Sequence record: SRR20825010_3726
Strand: one strand, 5' to 3'
DNA: 64,000 nt
Positions 38,098 through 48,897 of the stretch are shown piece by piece. How positions within the stretch are numbered: the stretch's first letter is position 1; the number at the start of each line of letters is the position of its first letter. A program made the position numbers and the translations under genes. The notes below the pieces were generated by a model that was not told the origin of the DNA, ran no database searches, and saw only the letters and a program-made list of their open reading frames with translations.

Positions 38098-39623
38098 TAG
38101 CCGTTCAGCCCCTTGTTGTAAATGGAGCGGTAGGCCCCGAACATGCTTTCCAGGGTATAGAACTTCTGTACCCGCTCCAGCCCCGCTTTCTGAGCCTGTT
38201 GCCATTGCTCGGGGTTCGACAGCAGCCGCACCGCTTCCCGCGCGGTCGCTTCAGGATCTGCGATGGGCACCACAGCACCGCTGGCGCCCAGTGCACGGTC
38301 TTCGTCGCTGGCGCCTTCCAGTAATTCGCGGCAAGCGCCCACATCGGTAGCCAGGCAGGGCAGGCCCGCAGCGTGGGCCTCCAGGATTACCAGCGGCAAC
38401 GCTTCGGAAATGGACGTCAGTACCATCAGCCCAAGCTGAGGAAGAATGTCGTTGACGTTCTGGAATCCCAGGAATTTCACTCGTTGGTTGAGGCCCAGGC
38501 TATCCACCAGTTCCTTGCACTCGCGTACGTAGGTTTCGTCCTCATCTTCCGGGCCGACAATCCAGCCCTCCACGTCGGGAATGGTTTCGCTGACCGAGCG
38601 CATGGCACGGATAAAGGTTTTTATATCCTTGATGGGAACGACCCGCCCGACTAGTCCCAGCACTTTCGGGATGTGGTTGGGGCGGGCCTTCCTGGCGGCG
38701 TCGAAGCGGGTGGGCTCAATGCCGTTGGGAATGATACAGGTACGTTCAGGCGGTGCACCGTCCTGAAACTGCCGTTGCTGATTGCCCTGGTATAGCGACA
38801 CGATCGGGTCCGCCTGCTGGTAGGCCAGGCGTCCAAGGGCCTCGAAAAAACGGATCCAGAGCCGGCGAATGTATCCCAACTGCTCATTCAGCGTACCGCT
38901 GACCTGGTCCGTGGGGTCGTGAATCCACTGGGCCTGGGAGAGGTCAATCTTGCGTTCCTTGGTGTAGATGCCGTGTTCACTGAGCGCGAAGGGAATGCCC
39001 CGCTGCTCGCTGGCGATGGCGCCGAGCAAGCCCGCGTAACCGGTGGAAATGGAATGCAGCATGCGCACGGCCGGCATCTTTCGCGCCACTTCGGCGAGCT
39101 GGAACAATGGCGCGTGCATGATACGGATCGACCAGAAATAGTCGACAAAGGACGGCTCCGTACAGTATTTACGGTAGTTCTCGTCAATCATCTCCCAGCT
39201 TTCTTCACTGTAGAGGAAGTCGTCACGGCTGATACCCTGCTTCTGGCCCAGGTCGGCAAACACCTTGTGGAGGATGTCTGGCGGTACTGACTTTTCGGAC
39301 TTGAACTGCTCGTGCAGGCACTTCTGGGCCTCGAAGGCGGCCTTGTTACCCCGACGTGGCCGGGGTTTGCCAGCAGCTTCGGTGTCCATCAGGTAGTGGC
39401 ATTCCAGGTGAGTGACATTGTCTGGCAGGACATACTGTTGCTCGCCGTAATGTGCGCGGTCGCCGCCCAGAAAGATCAGGGCGAAGGTGTATTCCGGCAA
39501 GCCGGTAATGACCTGGTGCACCCAGGAGGATACCCCGCCCCGGATGAACGGATAGGTGCCTTCCAGCAACAGGGCGATGTCAGCTTTGGGCGTTACGCTG
39601 GTTTTGGGTAATGTCATAACCAT
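38097..39623 (-). CDS. pelF: Pel GT4 glycosyltransferase
   Basis: EGTYP..RGGVSSW, STGYAG, EHGIYTKER, GRVVPIKDIK, SISE..PL. Confidence 0.95.
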   Translation of the reverse strand: MVMTLPKTSVTPKADIALLLEGTYPFIRGGVSSWVHQVITGLPEYTFALIFLGGDRAHYGEQQYVLPDNVTHLECHYLMDTEAAGKPRPRRGNKAAFEAQKCLHEQFKSEKSVPPDILHKVFADLGQKQGISRDDFLYSEESWEMIDENYRKYCTEPSFVDYFWSIRIMHAPLFQLAEVARKMPAVRMLHSISTGYAGLLGAIASEQRGIPFALSEHGIYTKERKIDLSQAQWIHDPTDQVSGTLNEQLGYIRRLWIRFFEALGRLAYQQADPIVSLYQGNQQRQFQDGAPPERTCIIPNGIEPTRFDAARKARPNHIPKVLGLVGRVVPIKDIKTFIRAMRSVSETIPDVEGWIVGPEDEDETYVRECKELVDSLGLNQRVKFLGFQNVNDILPQLGLMVLTSISEALPLVILEAHAAGLPCLATDVGACRELLEGASDEDRALGASGAVVPIADPEATAREAVRLLSNPEQWQQAQKAGLERVQKFYTLESMFGAYRSIYNKGLNG

Positions 39624-40600
39624 GACTCGATAACCGGTCGGTTGGCGGGGTGGAAACGCTCAAGAGGGCAGGCCGAAAGATGTTGGCGCACCTGAGCAAA
39701 GTCCCGGCGCAGGTACGCGACTTCCCCCAGGTAGGGCATGATCAATTCCGGTGACGAGCCGCCGGCAAGCGCCGAACGGAAGGCCTCTTCCGCGTTATCG
39801 ATGTTACCCAGGGCGAGTTCCACACGGCCGAGCAGGCGCCAGTCGTTGTGTTGGGAGCGTCGGGCCACCAGTCGTCGTAGCAGTTTCCCCGCACTGTCCA
39901 GGTAGTAGTGTCGCAGGCCGCCCTGGGCCAGGCCCAGATAAGCCATTTCCCACCAAACCTGTGCCAGCCTCCGCTGAAGGGAAACACTGGTCAGGTCGTC
40001 GGCGTTCTGCAGTGACTGCTGGAGAGTGCCGGCCCGTTGGGCCAGGGTTTTCTCTTTTTGCTCAAGCATGGAATAGGCCAGCAATCGCACATCGTCAGAC
40101 GGGTCTTTCAGAGCTTCACGCAGAATTTCAATGGCGTCCCGGTCGTTCATCTGGCGAGTGGCCATCAGTGCTTTCAGGCGTTTGTCGGTGCTAATGGCTT
40201 CGCGCAGTACCTGGCGAAGGCCGCCCTGGCTGTAAACCACCTGTAGATCCATATCGATCGGCTGGAATGGCAGTTCGGGGATGTCCACTTCCTGCCAGGG
40301 TATGTCGCGACTGGACCGCGGTAGATACAGTGCCAGCAACATGCCCAGTACCAGGCCCACGCTGCCAATGAAAGGGATGGCAAACTGCAGGGTGAACAGG
40401 AAGACACCTGTGGTAATGGGCTGCCCGCGATAGCGCGACGGCATCAATGGCAGCAGGATCAGGGTGAGCAGCGCACAGGCCATGGCATGGGCGATCAGGT
40501 AAGCGGCCAGCTCAAGGTTGCCGGCGGTGGGTGATAGCAGTCCGGTGACGCCGCCGGTTTCCAGCGCCAGGGCGAGCAGTGCAAACCAGCTATTGGCCAT
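39614..40600 (-). CDS. pelE: Pel biosynthesis membrane/TPR protein
   Basis: N-terminal TMs, L.D..DDVRLLAYSML; position between pelD and pelF; start ATG 40600. Confidence 0.88.
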   Translation of the reverse strand: MANSWFALLALALETGGVTGLLSPTAGNLELAAYLIAHAMACALLTLILLPLMPSRYRGQPITTGVFLFTLQFAIPFIGSVGLVLGMLLALYLPRSSRDIPWQEVDIPELPFQPIDMDLQVVYSQGGLRQVLREAISTDKRLKALMATRQMNDRDAIEILREALKDPSDDVRLLAYSMLEQKEKTLAQRAGTLQQSLQNADDLTSVSLQRRLAQVWWEMAYLGLAQGGLRHYYLDSAGKLLRRLVARRSQHNDWRLLGRVELALGNIDNAEEAFRSALAGGSSPELIMPYLGEVAYLRRDFAQVRQHLSACPLERFHPANRPVIESWL

Positions 40601-41954
40601 GGCTGTTCTTTCCCTGGTTGTGCTCTCCCTGGTTGTCGAACAGGAAGGCCTGCACCCACTCATCGGCCTGGGCTCGATTACGGACTTGCAGGGTTTGCGG
40701 TGTCACCAGGTCACTGGCATGCAACCCCAGCTGTTCCCTCAGTCCGTCGTCCAGCCGTTGTAGATAGCCGGCCAGGCCCAGTTCATCGGTGAGCGGCATC
40801 AAAACAACGATGTAGCGCTGATTGCCGGCCCGATGCTCGGCAATCACATCAAGGCCCCGGCGGACTTTTTGAATATGGTCGGCAATCAACTGGCCATTGC
40901 GGCTGTCGGCCAGCGGCAAGCCCACCATCGCTGCGGGTAGGTTGAAGAATTCCGCGTCGCGGCCTGAACGGGCCAGATGGCGCCGGAAGTAACGCCATTC
41001 CGGTGATCCGCCGGCCTGTATTTCCGACTGTTCATGGGCGATGTCTGCCATGTGCCCGGCCAGGATCGCCAGTAGTCGCAACGAGCGAGCCTCGAAGCTG
41101 AAAAAGGGCATGGCCTCGATAACACACAGGCCGATAAAGCGATCTTCGGAGTCAATCAGGGGAATGGCTGCCAGCAGATCGGTGTCGAGGTCGCCCATAC
41201 GCTGGCGGAACTCAGTCTGCACCGACACCAGTTTCCGTTCCGCCAGTGCGTGCAGCAGCAGTGGATCTTTCAGGTCCACCTTGCGGAAGCGACCGACCGT
41301 TGCCAGTGGTTCCGGTTCGGGTACGCCATTATTGACGGCGTAGATGCCGGCAATCTGCAGTTGTCCGTAACGCCCCAGTAGCTGGAGCATCAATGAGGCC
41401 GTCTCCTGATTCAGGCCGGCCTGACCGGCTTCGCCAATCTGTGCGTACAGGCGTCTAAGCGCCTCTCTCAGGCTGCTGGAACTGCCGGCCAGTTGTTGCT
41501 CGAGTCGGTCATGGGACACCTTGAGCAGATAGTAGTTGCGGGTGAACTCTTCCAGGCGGGAACCGCGGTAGTCGTTGCTCGCTTCCAGTTTTTGCTGCTG
41601 GCGGCCCCAGTAGTCCCGAAACTCACCCGCCAACAGGCTGATGCCGAGTACCCCGGTGGTCCACACGTAGGGAAAATCACGGGTGCCGCTGGTGATCTCA
41701 AACCGCAAGTGAAAACCCAGGGCGGCGATGATGATCAGGGCTGAAATCAGCGCCATGAAAAAGCCGTACCTCAGGCCTACCAGTAGCGGTCCCAGCACGG
41801 GCCAGGGAAAGTTTCCCGTCAGATAGAACGGATCATCCGGCCGGTGCCAAACGCTAAAGGCCAGGAAAAACGCGGTAATCAGCAGGGTTTCCAGCCACTT
41901 CAGTGCAATGGGTACCCGTACCTTCTCGCCCGTTATCTGCTCTGCTTCGTCCAT
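40590..41954 (-). CDS. pelD: Pel c-di-GMP receptor (TM, GAF, degenerate GGDEF)
   Basis: P.L..LRYG, GEF.D.W, LKVSHDRLE, RxxD site RGLD. Confidence 0.92.
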   Translation of the reverse strand: MDEAEQITGEKVRVPIALKWLETLLITAFFLAFSVWHRPDDPFYLTGNFPWPVLGPLLVGLRYGFFMALISALIIIAALGFHLRFEITSGTRDFPYVWTTGVLGISLLAGEFRDYWGRQQQKLEASNDYRGSRLEEFTRNYYLLKVSHDRLEQQLAGSSSSLREALRRLYAQIGEAGQAGLNQETASLMLQLLGRYGQLQIAGIYAVNNGVPEPEPLATVGRFRKVDLKDPLLLHALAERKLVSVQTEFRQRMGDLDTDLLAAIPLIDSEDRFIGLCVIEAMPFFSFEARSLRLLAILAGHMADIAHEQSEIQAGGSPEWRYFRRHLARSGRDAEFFNLPAAMVGLPLADSRNGQLIADHIQKVRRGLDVIAEHRAGNQRYIVVLMPLTDELGLAGYLQRLDDGLREQLGLHASDLVTPQTLQVRNRAQADEWVQAFLFDNQGEHNQGKNSHGQ

Positions 41955-41979
41955 AGTGAACCCTGTTGCTCAGGCGGTA

Positions 41980-42504
41980 TTATTGGCTTTCGATCAGTGG
42001 CATGGCGTTGGCCAGCTCGTCCAGAACCTTATGGGCCGCCACGCTCAGGCTTTCACGACCCCATCCCGTGCGGGCCGAGGTGCCGGACCACACTACGCGA
42101 TTGTCGTCTGCGTTGCGTATTTCCAGGGTAATGCCTACGGCGGGCTCGCCATCCAGCCCACTTTTGTAGCGCCATTCTTCCACGGTGCCCGTGAACAGGT
42201 AGTCCGCGCCATCGTTGCGGGCCGTGGCGAGAGCTGTTTGCTGTCGTTCACTGCTTTCGTACAGCAGGGGGTTGCGGTCATCGGGCAGGTAGAGGGTCAC
42301 GTTTTCGCTGCCCTTGGCTCTCAGGATCGCGGACAGCACACTGGCGGCCTGGTCTCCGGCCTGGGGTGTCTGTGACAGGTTGATCAGCGGCAGCACCGCA
42401 AACTGTCCATCCTCCGGAATCGGCGAGCCCTCCTGGCTCTGGATAACCGAACAGCCAGCCAGAAGTAACAGGGTGAGCCAGAGGCTATGGCGTAGTGTTT
42501 TCAT
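41980..42504 (-). CDS. pelC: Pel outer-membrane lipoprotein
   Basis: Lipobox LAGC, N.SQTPQAG, EW.YK.GLDGEPAVG. Confidence 0.93.
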   Translation of the reverse strand: MKTLRHSLWLTLLLLAGCSVIQSQEGSPIPEDGQFAVLPLINLSQTPQAGDQAASVLSAILRAKGSENVTLYLPDDRNPLLYESSERQQTALATARNDGADYLFTGTVEEWRYKSGLDGEPAVGITLEIRNADDNRVVWSGTSARTGWGRESLSVAAHKVLDELANAMPLIESQ

Positions 42505-42515
42505 AACGGTCTCCT

Positions 42516-45500
42516 TCAGCGACCAGGGTAAATCGTGTATGTAAGATTGAATTCGGTTCGGCCGTTGCCGTCCAGCCCTTCCGACGACCAGCGTCCAGAC
42601 AAGGCCAGTTCATCATCCCCCAGCACCCGCCAACCCAGGCCCACTTCCACACCGATTTCCGCCGTTGAAGTGGATAATACATAACCGGCGTCCAAACCGA
42701 GAAATGCGCGGGGTGAGGGTGTCGAGCGATACAGAGCGTGGGGTGAGCCATGGAACCAACGTGTGCCCACACCGATACGTTCATACTCCTCGGTCAGCAG
42801 GCTGGCGGTTTCCAGTGGCTGATCCAGTGCCGCAAGGGTGGATGAGGGCAGGGTTTCGGCCAGGGATAGCTGCTGGTTTCGATAACCGGCGCTGATAATC
42901 CAGGCCGGGTCATTGCGAAAAATGGTGTAGGTGGCATTCAGGTCCAGCCCGTAGCCGTCCGCCAGTTGATCGTTCTCCAGGCTGTTGACCGTCAGTTGCT
43001 CAAGTTGGGCATTCAGGTTAAGCCGGGAGAAAGGGGTGTAGCTGGCGCTGGCGTAGGCGCGGTCGCGGCGGGTCAGCCACCAGGCTTCGGCGCTGTCCGG
43101 TGTGCGTTCCTGGAAATGGTAGCCGGCGCCGAAGGCGATGCGGTCAGACCATTGCTGGTCGAAGGCAGCGCTGATGGCCAGGTCATCCTGCTGGTAGCGT
43201 GGCAACTGGCTGACCGATAGCGACCAGGCGCTATTGCCTGAGCGCCTGTCCACCTCGAAAGAAGTCTCGCTGCTACGCCCGGGGGTGCTTGCCAGGCGCC
43301 CGGAACCGCTCGCCTTGAGGGTACTGGCAGACAATTGCCAGCGAAACTCGTCTTCGCTGAACTGGCCGGTTATCCCGCTGCGCTGAATGGTAAAGTTACC
43401 CAGGTTCTGCCAGCGGCTGCCCACCTGGATAGCACGGTTGAACGTCTGGTGTAGATTGACCGTGTCCTGCATCGTCACTCTCTGTTGTTCCGCCGTCATC
43501 GGACTGTTGAGTCGATCAAGCTGCCGAACATAGCGGTCTGTCTGTTGTTCGCGGTTTTCCGGCGCAGACCGTAGGGTTTGTCCGATGCGTTGGCGCACCG
43601 CTGCGTTTCGGCCGTCCGGTGCCGGTAGCAGGGCCTCCGCGACCAGCGTGTCACCCTGATTGGACGCGAAGTACGCCAGGGTTTCGCGTAGTCCCCTCTG
43701 GTCAGGGTCGTCGCCTTCGCCGCTGCGGGGAAAGGTCGCCAAGGTTTGCCAGGCCAGTTTGAGCAACCCTTCCTCACTGTACACCGCAAAGCGGCTGGAG
43801 CGGGTGGATGGGTCTTCCTGTAATCTTTTCGCGGCCTTTTGGCGAAGATCGGTTGCGGTGCCGGGTGCACCGGTCTGATCCAGCAGTCTTGCCGTCGCCA
43901 GAAGCCACTCAATGTCATCACTGCGGGTATCCATACCCTGACGAAACCAGTTCAGAGCCCGTCTCGGCTGGCCCAGGGCACTGTAACCGTACGCCAGGAC
44001 CGGATAGGCGGCGGGAGAAGGTGTATCACCGATTCGGGCCAGCAGGGCCGGAAGGGTGTCGGCGAACCGTTCCGCATTGGCAAGTTGCAGCCAGGCCCAA
44101 CTGATCATCAGGTTCTCATCGTCGGGTGCCAACTCCCACGCGGCGCGGTAGGCATCGTTTGCTGCCAGGACCTCGTCGTTGCGTTGGTGAATCAATGCCC
44201 GAAGTGACCAGTAGCGCGGGTTGTTGCGGGCAGTGGGAACGTCCGTTTGCCAGCGTTCGAGGGTTTGCTCCAGTTCCTGCCATTGCCCGAGCGCCAACTG
44301 GTATTCAGCGATAGCGGCCAGGAACCGGGGTTCCCCGGTTTCGAGGAAAAGATGTTCGCTCAACGACAGAGCCCTTGGGTAGTCCTCGAAAAGGGCGGCC
44401 AGGTTGAGCAGGCGCTCCTTCAAATTCGGCGTAAGCTCAGAGTCGCTTCTGGCCAGGAGACTTTCATAATCCCGCTTCAGGATGTCGGTTCTACCCAGGC
44501 TGTTGGCCAGGTCCATCCGCATGATTTGAACTGTCTCGGCCAGTTGCCGGTCTTGCGGCTCGAAATTCAACAGCGCCAGGGCGCGTTCAGGTTGCCGTGT
44601 GCGCCAGTAAAGAGAGGCCAGTTGTATGCGGTCGGCGTCGGATAACCGTGGCTCGTTTTCCAGCAGTTCAATGGCGGCGGGGAAATCACGCAGGTTAACC
44701 AGCAGCGTCAGTAGTCGTTCCCTAAGCGTGTCGGACCGGGGAAATCGTGATCGGCCTTCCGTTAGCCATTCCCTTGCATCATTGAAACGCCCGGAACCCA
44801 CCAATGCGTCGGCCAGGGTGATATAGCCTTCCGGTTGCAAACGCTCCTGCCTGGCCCCCTCGGTTAACAGCATTCGCAGTGTGTCCCACTGGAAGAGCCC
44901 GCGCGCCAGATCCACCGATCGTTGGAAGGCTTGCGCGGAACCGGTTTGTTGATAGAGGGACACCCATACAGGCAGCGCTTCCTGCGGCAGGCCGTTCCAC
45001 TCCAGCACTTGAGCAATGGTTTGCCAATCTTCGCGAGTGAGTCTGTCCGGAGTCTTCTGTAGCCTCCGGATAGTATTGAGCGCTGCTTTCAGATTCCCGG
45101 CGGCGAGTTGGAAGGCCAGCAATTCTCGCTGGAACTCTGTGTTGTCGGGATGCCGGTCCGCCCGTTGCCGAATCCAGGTGGCTTCGTCCGTAGCCGAACC
45201 AGCCAGTCTTGCCAGCCGGATACCTTCGGTCAGTGCTGGTTCCGACATCCGGGTGTCCGGGAGTTTTTGCTTGAAGAGTGCCAGCGCCGCTTTTGGATTG
45301 CCGCCGGCAAGCTCCAGGCGAATGATGTTGTCGATGAACTCATCGCGGGCCTCGGGGCGGACGGTGTCAATATAAGGGCGCAAGGTCGCTGCAGCCATTC
45401 CAGGCCGACCCTCTGCTTCCTCCAGCCGAGCGATTTCACGGGCCAGTTGAAGCCGCTGGCCGGGGCTGGTCATCCGGTCCTCGACGCCTTGCAGCAGTGT

Positions 45501-45983
45501 CAGGTAACGGGGCTGGCTCAGCCAGCTGGAGGCTGGCCTTAAGAGCTCCAGAATGCGTTCCGGTTCATAGGATTGGCGGACCAGCGCCTGGGCGTCGGCA
45601 AAGAGTTGGTCTTTCCGGGCCTCCCTCCGGGGGCCTTCTGGGATTGCAAACAGGCGTTGAGCCTGCAGTTCCAGGTAATACTCAAAGGCCTCCTCCGGCA
45701 CCGTCTGTTGTGCCATCAAGGGGGCCAGTACCTGGTCTGCGCGTTCCAGTTGACCGGTTGTGCTCAGGGCCCGGGCCAGGCTGAGGCGTAAGGGAACGTT
45801 GTCTGAATCCGAACGCAGTAGCACTTCCAGATAGGCGATGGAAAGGGCGTCTGGCGTTTCAAGGTATTCCGGGTTCTCGAACACTGCCTGTCGCGGAAAC
45901 AGCAGATACAACGCCAGCGCGATAAGCGCTCCCATAAGGACCAGCGCGGGCAAGCTGAAAAAGGACTCCCTGTTCCGACGCAT
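42516..45983 (-). CDS. pelB: Pel export protein (TPR repeats plus C-terminal beta-barrel)
   Basis: 1155 aa, PD.LS.AYL, helical TPR-like repeats, beta-rich C-terminus; between pelA and pelC. Confidence 0.85.
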   Translation of the reverse strand: MRRNRESFFSLPALVLMGALIALALYLLFPRQAVFENPEYLETPDALSIAYLEVLLRSDSDNVPLRLSLARALSTTGQLERADQVLAPLMAQQTVPEEAFEYYLELQAQRLFAIPEGPRREARKDQLFADAQALVRQSYEPERILELLRPASSWLSQPRYLTLLQGVEDRMTSPGQRLQLAREIARLEEAEGRPGMAAATLRPYIDTVRPEARDEFIDNIIRLELAGGNPKAALALFKQKLPDTRMSEPALTEGIRLARLAGSATDEATWIRQRADRHPDNTEFQRELLAFQLAAGNLKAALNTIRRLQKTPDRLTREDWQTIAQVLEWNGLPQEALPVWVSLYQQTGSAQAFQRSVDLARGLFQWDTLRMLLTEGARQERLQPEGYITLADALVGSGRFNDAREWLTEGRSRFPRSDTLRERLLTLLVNLRDFPAAIELLENEPRLSDADRIQLASLYWRTRQPERALALLNFEPQDRQLAETVQIMRMDLANSLGRTDILKRDYESLLARSDSELTPNLKERLLNLAALFEDYPRALSLSEHLFLETGEPRFLAAIAEYQLALGQWQELEQTLERWQTDVPTARNNPRYWSLRALIHQRNDEVLAANDAYRAAWELAPDDENLMISWAWLQLANAERFADTLPALLARIGDTPSPAAYPVLAYGYSALGQPRRALNWFRQGMDTRSDDIEWLLATARLLDQTGAPGTATDLRQKAAKRLQEDPSTRSSRFAVYSEEGLLKLAWQTLATFPRSGEGDDPDQRGLRETLAYFASNQGDTLVAEALLPAPDGRNAAVRQRIGQTLRSAPENREQQTDRYVRQLDRLNSPMTAEQQRVTMQDTVNLHQTFNRAIQVGSRWQNLGNFTIQRSGITGQFSEDEFRWQLSASTLKASGSGRLASTPGRSSETSFEVDRRSGNSAWSLSVSQLPRYQQDDLAISAAFDQQWSDRIAFGAGYHFQERTPDSAEAWWLTRRDRAYASASYTPFSRLNLNAQLEQLTVNSLENDQLADGYGLDLNATYTIFRNDPAWIISAGYRNQQLSLAETLPSSTLAALDQPLETASLLTEEYERIGVGTRWFHGSPHALYRSTPSPRAFLGLDAGYVLSTSTAEIGVEVGLGWRVLGDDELALSGRWSSEGLDGNGRTEFNLTYTIYPGR

Positions 45984-45987
45984 AACG

Positions 45988-48756
45988 CTATTGGCACTCC
46001 AGCATCAGGGATTCTGTTTGCCGGTTGCTGAGAACAATCCGCACCTGTTCACCCGACCGTGACATCCGTGCCGAACCGCCGCTGGTTGTACATCGGCGGG
46101 TTCCGGCAAGGGTGAATTCCACGTTCCGATGGCTTTGCAAACCCAGCGTTATCCGCCATTTCCCGGCTACCTGTTCGCGCTGCCATTGGGTAAGTACTCC
46201 ATTGGCGTGGGCCAGCCAGGGGCCTTTCGGGGCGGAGTCGGTCAGGAGCAGGCGGGGCGAATCACCGGTCAGATGCACGTAGCGGTGGCCGGCAGCATCG
46301 TGGAAACCGGCGACGCCAGTGCTTCTCTCCAGGTCGGGAAACCGGTCCTGCTCAATGGTGACGGTATGGGGTTGGCCAATACCGCGCCAGTGCCAGCCAC
46401 CGTTGTCGTCCCTGAGCAACGCCGAGTAATAGAGGGTCTGCACGCGCTTGGCGTAGTCGCTGAGATAGAGCGGCGTGACGGGTTGATCAAGGGCGTATTG
46501 ATAGATCTCGTGCAAGGCACCCAGGGCCTCGGGTTTGGTGCCCGAGTAGAAGTGGTAGTAAATGCCCATGGGCTTTAGCCGGCCTTTGTCTTCGAGAATG
46601 CGGAAAGTGTCCGTCACATTGCGGAACCCATAGTAAGGGCCTGTCCAGTCGTTGGTGTAGACGTTTTCGTTCATCACCGGTGCGTAGACCTGCAGCTCAT
46701 CGCCCAAGGGGCGGGCGTCAGGCCAGGTTTCCGCCAGCTCGGACGCGTAGGGCAATGGCTTGGTGTTGCCGCCATTGACGTTGACCAGGCCAGCTTCCCG
46801 AACCCGTTTCAGGGCATTGGCGCCGGGCCGGGCGTCGCCTGTCCAGAGGAACACCGATACGGGCTTGTTCGCCGGGGCCAAGCGTTGATTAATGTATCCC
46901 ACCGAGCCTTCGATTTCGCGTTCAAGCGAAGCCTGGTAATCCGGGATGTTCATGAAATAGCCATACAGCGTGTTTTCAAGCCTCGGGGCGGGGCCACCTT
47001 CTATCGACTGCCAGAAGAACGGATGACTGTAGGTATGAGATGCAACTTCCACCGAATTTAATCTGAATATGGCCCTGGCGATGCGTTCCGCCTCTTTACT
47101 GGCGCGCGGGTATAGGCCCTCGGGTGAAACTTCCGCTTCGATGACCGAAACGGTGTGGGGTACCTCGTACCGTGACAGAATCTCATCCTGGATGACCTGG
47201 GCGCTCAACGGGCTACCGGGGAATTCCCCCCGCGAGACGAAGCCATCGCCGTCAATGTGGGCGGTGAGTATGCGGCGGCCATTCTCCGTGGTGGTATCAA
47301 TTACCGGCATGGCAGGTGCACTGAAGGCCTGCTGGATAAACTCGAAGGGATTGAACAGCCAGTAGGCTTCGTCGTCGGGGCCGGTTTCGAACAGGAAGGG
47401 CGCTGAGGCCACGCCGCCTTTGTCATGGGTGTAGATGGCCGAAAATTGCTGGCCCTGCGCGTCGGTGATGGTCAGCCAGGGCGTGTGTCCTTCTACTTTC
47501 GGCATGGCCTGTGTGGTCAGGGAAGGAAGCCGCCTACCTTCGTAGTTGGCCACCGATGGGTGTACGCGCTCATGACTCAGAGGCGCAGCGGGCACAGTGG
47601 TGCTGCTGGCGGCCATCACGCCGCTGCACGCCGGGTTGCCGGGAATCAGTCCCATCAGCACCACGGGTACGCCCTTGTCCTGCTGCCGGGCAAGCCATGA
47701 ACAAAGGCCGCTGTGGCGATCCCCGGTTTCCCACCACACCAGAATACCCGCATACCGGTCTTCGGTGGGCTCCGTCGGTAGGGGCTCTAGCGCGGAATGG
47801 TACTGTGGGATGAATCCGGAACGCTCCAGGATAATGCCACCAAAACGATGGGCAGCGCTTCTGTCCATGTTGAATTCCGGCAAGTCATGAATCACCAGAA
47901 CGTGGCGTTTCACCTGGACTGGTTTGGACGGGCTGAGGCGATCAAGGGCCGGGTTGGCCACCCAGGGCACGAAACGGTCGCGACGTAGCTGGCCTGCTAG
48001 TTCCTCGGCCTGGGAGGCGTCCGCGACGTAATCGATGGCAATCATGGGCATGTCAGGTCGTGCCTCACGCCAGCGCTGTAGCTGTTTGTCCAGCCACTGG
48101 CGATCCGTTTCAGAGACTTTGTAATAACGCTTGTCCTTGGCGTTGTAGCCATTACGCCAGGACTCCAGGGCAAGCCCGTCGACTTGGCCGATAACGCTGT
48201 CCGGCAGGTGGAAACCGCGGTTGAGGATGATCTTGCCGTTCGGGTGCCTGGCGCGGATGTCTGAAATCAGTTTTGTCTGGGCTTCTGCGAAGGCTTGCAT
48301 TTGCGCTTCGCCACTGGCGGCAAGCGTGAAGCTGTCCAGAGTATCGAGAAACACCCCCTGAAAGCCGCGTTCGAAGGCCGGGTCAATGAGGTTGTCCAGC
48401 AGAAAGGCGCGGACTTCGGGGTTGCGCAGGTCCAGCACTGCGCTCGACCAGGCCGGGTTCTTGCCGATCAGCCAGCTGTTCTGCAGGCTTGCGAACAGGC
48501 GGTGGCTGCGGGCCATCTCTCCGACACTGACGTAGGCAATGGGCGTTGTGCTGGCTTCGGTCAGCAGGTCGATACGTGCGTCGCTGGCCTGATCCTGTTG
48601 CAGTACCACCCAGTCGTAGGCCATCAAGCTGCCTATTGGGGCTTCGTTACCGTAATAGAACGCGATGTTAGGCGGCTGACCCACAGCATTGGCAAAACCG
48701 AAGGGTAAAAGTAGGGCGACTGCAAGCAGTTGAAGCAGAGGGTGTCGTCTTATCAT
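45988..48756 (-). CDS. pelA: Pel bifunctional glycoside hydrolase / deacetylase
   Basis: AFYYG, AYVSVGE, G.FLDTLDS, NRGF, HIDGDGF, SHT.SHPF.W, NEN.YTN.W.GP. Confidence 0.95.
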   Translation of the reverse strand: MIRRHPLLQLLAVALLLPFGFANAVGQPPNIAFYYGNEAPIGSLMAYDWVVLQQDQASDARIDLLTEASTTPIAYVSVGEMARSHRLFASLQNSWLIGKNPAWSSAVLDLRNPEVRAFLLDNLIDPAFERGFQGVFLDTLDSFTLAASGEAQMQAFAEAQTKLISDIRARHPNGKIILNRGFHLPDSVIGQVDGLALESWRNGYNAKDKRYYKVSETDRQWLDKQLQRWREARPDMPMIAIDYVADASQAEELAGQLRRDRFVPWVANPALDRLSPSKPVQVKRHVLVIHDLPEFNMDRSAAHRFGGIILERSGFIPQYHSALEPLPTEPTEDRYAGILVWWETGDRHSGLCSWLARQQDKGVPVVLMGLIPGNPACSGVMAASSTTVPAAPLSHERVHPSVANYEGRRLPSLTTQAMPKVEGHTPWLTITDAQGQQFSAIYTHDKGGVASAPFLFETGPDDEAYWLFNPFEFIQQAFSAPAMPVIDTTTENGRRILTAHIDGDGFVSRGEFPGSPLSAQVIQDEILSRYEVPHTVSVIEAEVSPEGLYPRASKEAERIARAIFRLNSVEVASHTYSHPFFWQSIEGGPAPRLENTLYGYFMNIPDYQASLEREIEGSVGYINQRLAPANKPVSVFLWTGDARPGANALKRVREAGLVNVNGGNTKPLPYASELAETWPDARPLGDELQVYAPVMNENVYTNDWTGPYYGFRNVTDTFRILEDKGRLKPMGIYYHFYSGTKPEALGALHEIYQYALDQPVTPLYLSDYAKRVQTLYYSALLRDDNGGWHWRGIGQPHTVTIEQDRFPDLERSTGVAGFHDAAGHRYVHLTGDSPRLLLTDSAPKGPWLAHANGVLTQWQREQVAGKWRITLGLQSHRNVEFTLAGTRRCTTSGGSARMSRSGEQVRIVLSNRQTESLMLECQ

Positions 48757-48897
48757 GTGGAACCGAAATCAGGTAGAGAAGCGACTGAATGATGCGCACA
48801 AAGTCATCGCGAATGAGTAATACGTTGCTAATCTATTATAGATGACAGTCTGCAAGCACTCGATTTTCCAACTATTTTGTAATGAGAGAATAACGTT

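Noticed and set aside
40611-40636. Short tandem duplication TCCCTGGTTGT at the pelD 3' end (NQGEHNQG)
   Set aside because: Only two units, in frame, in a variable tail; no sign of phase variation
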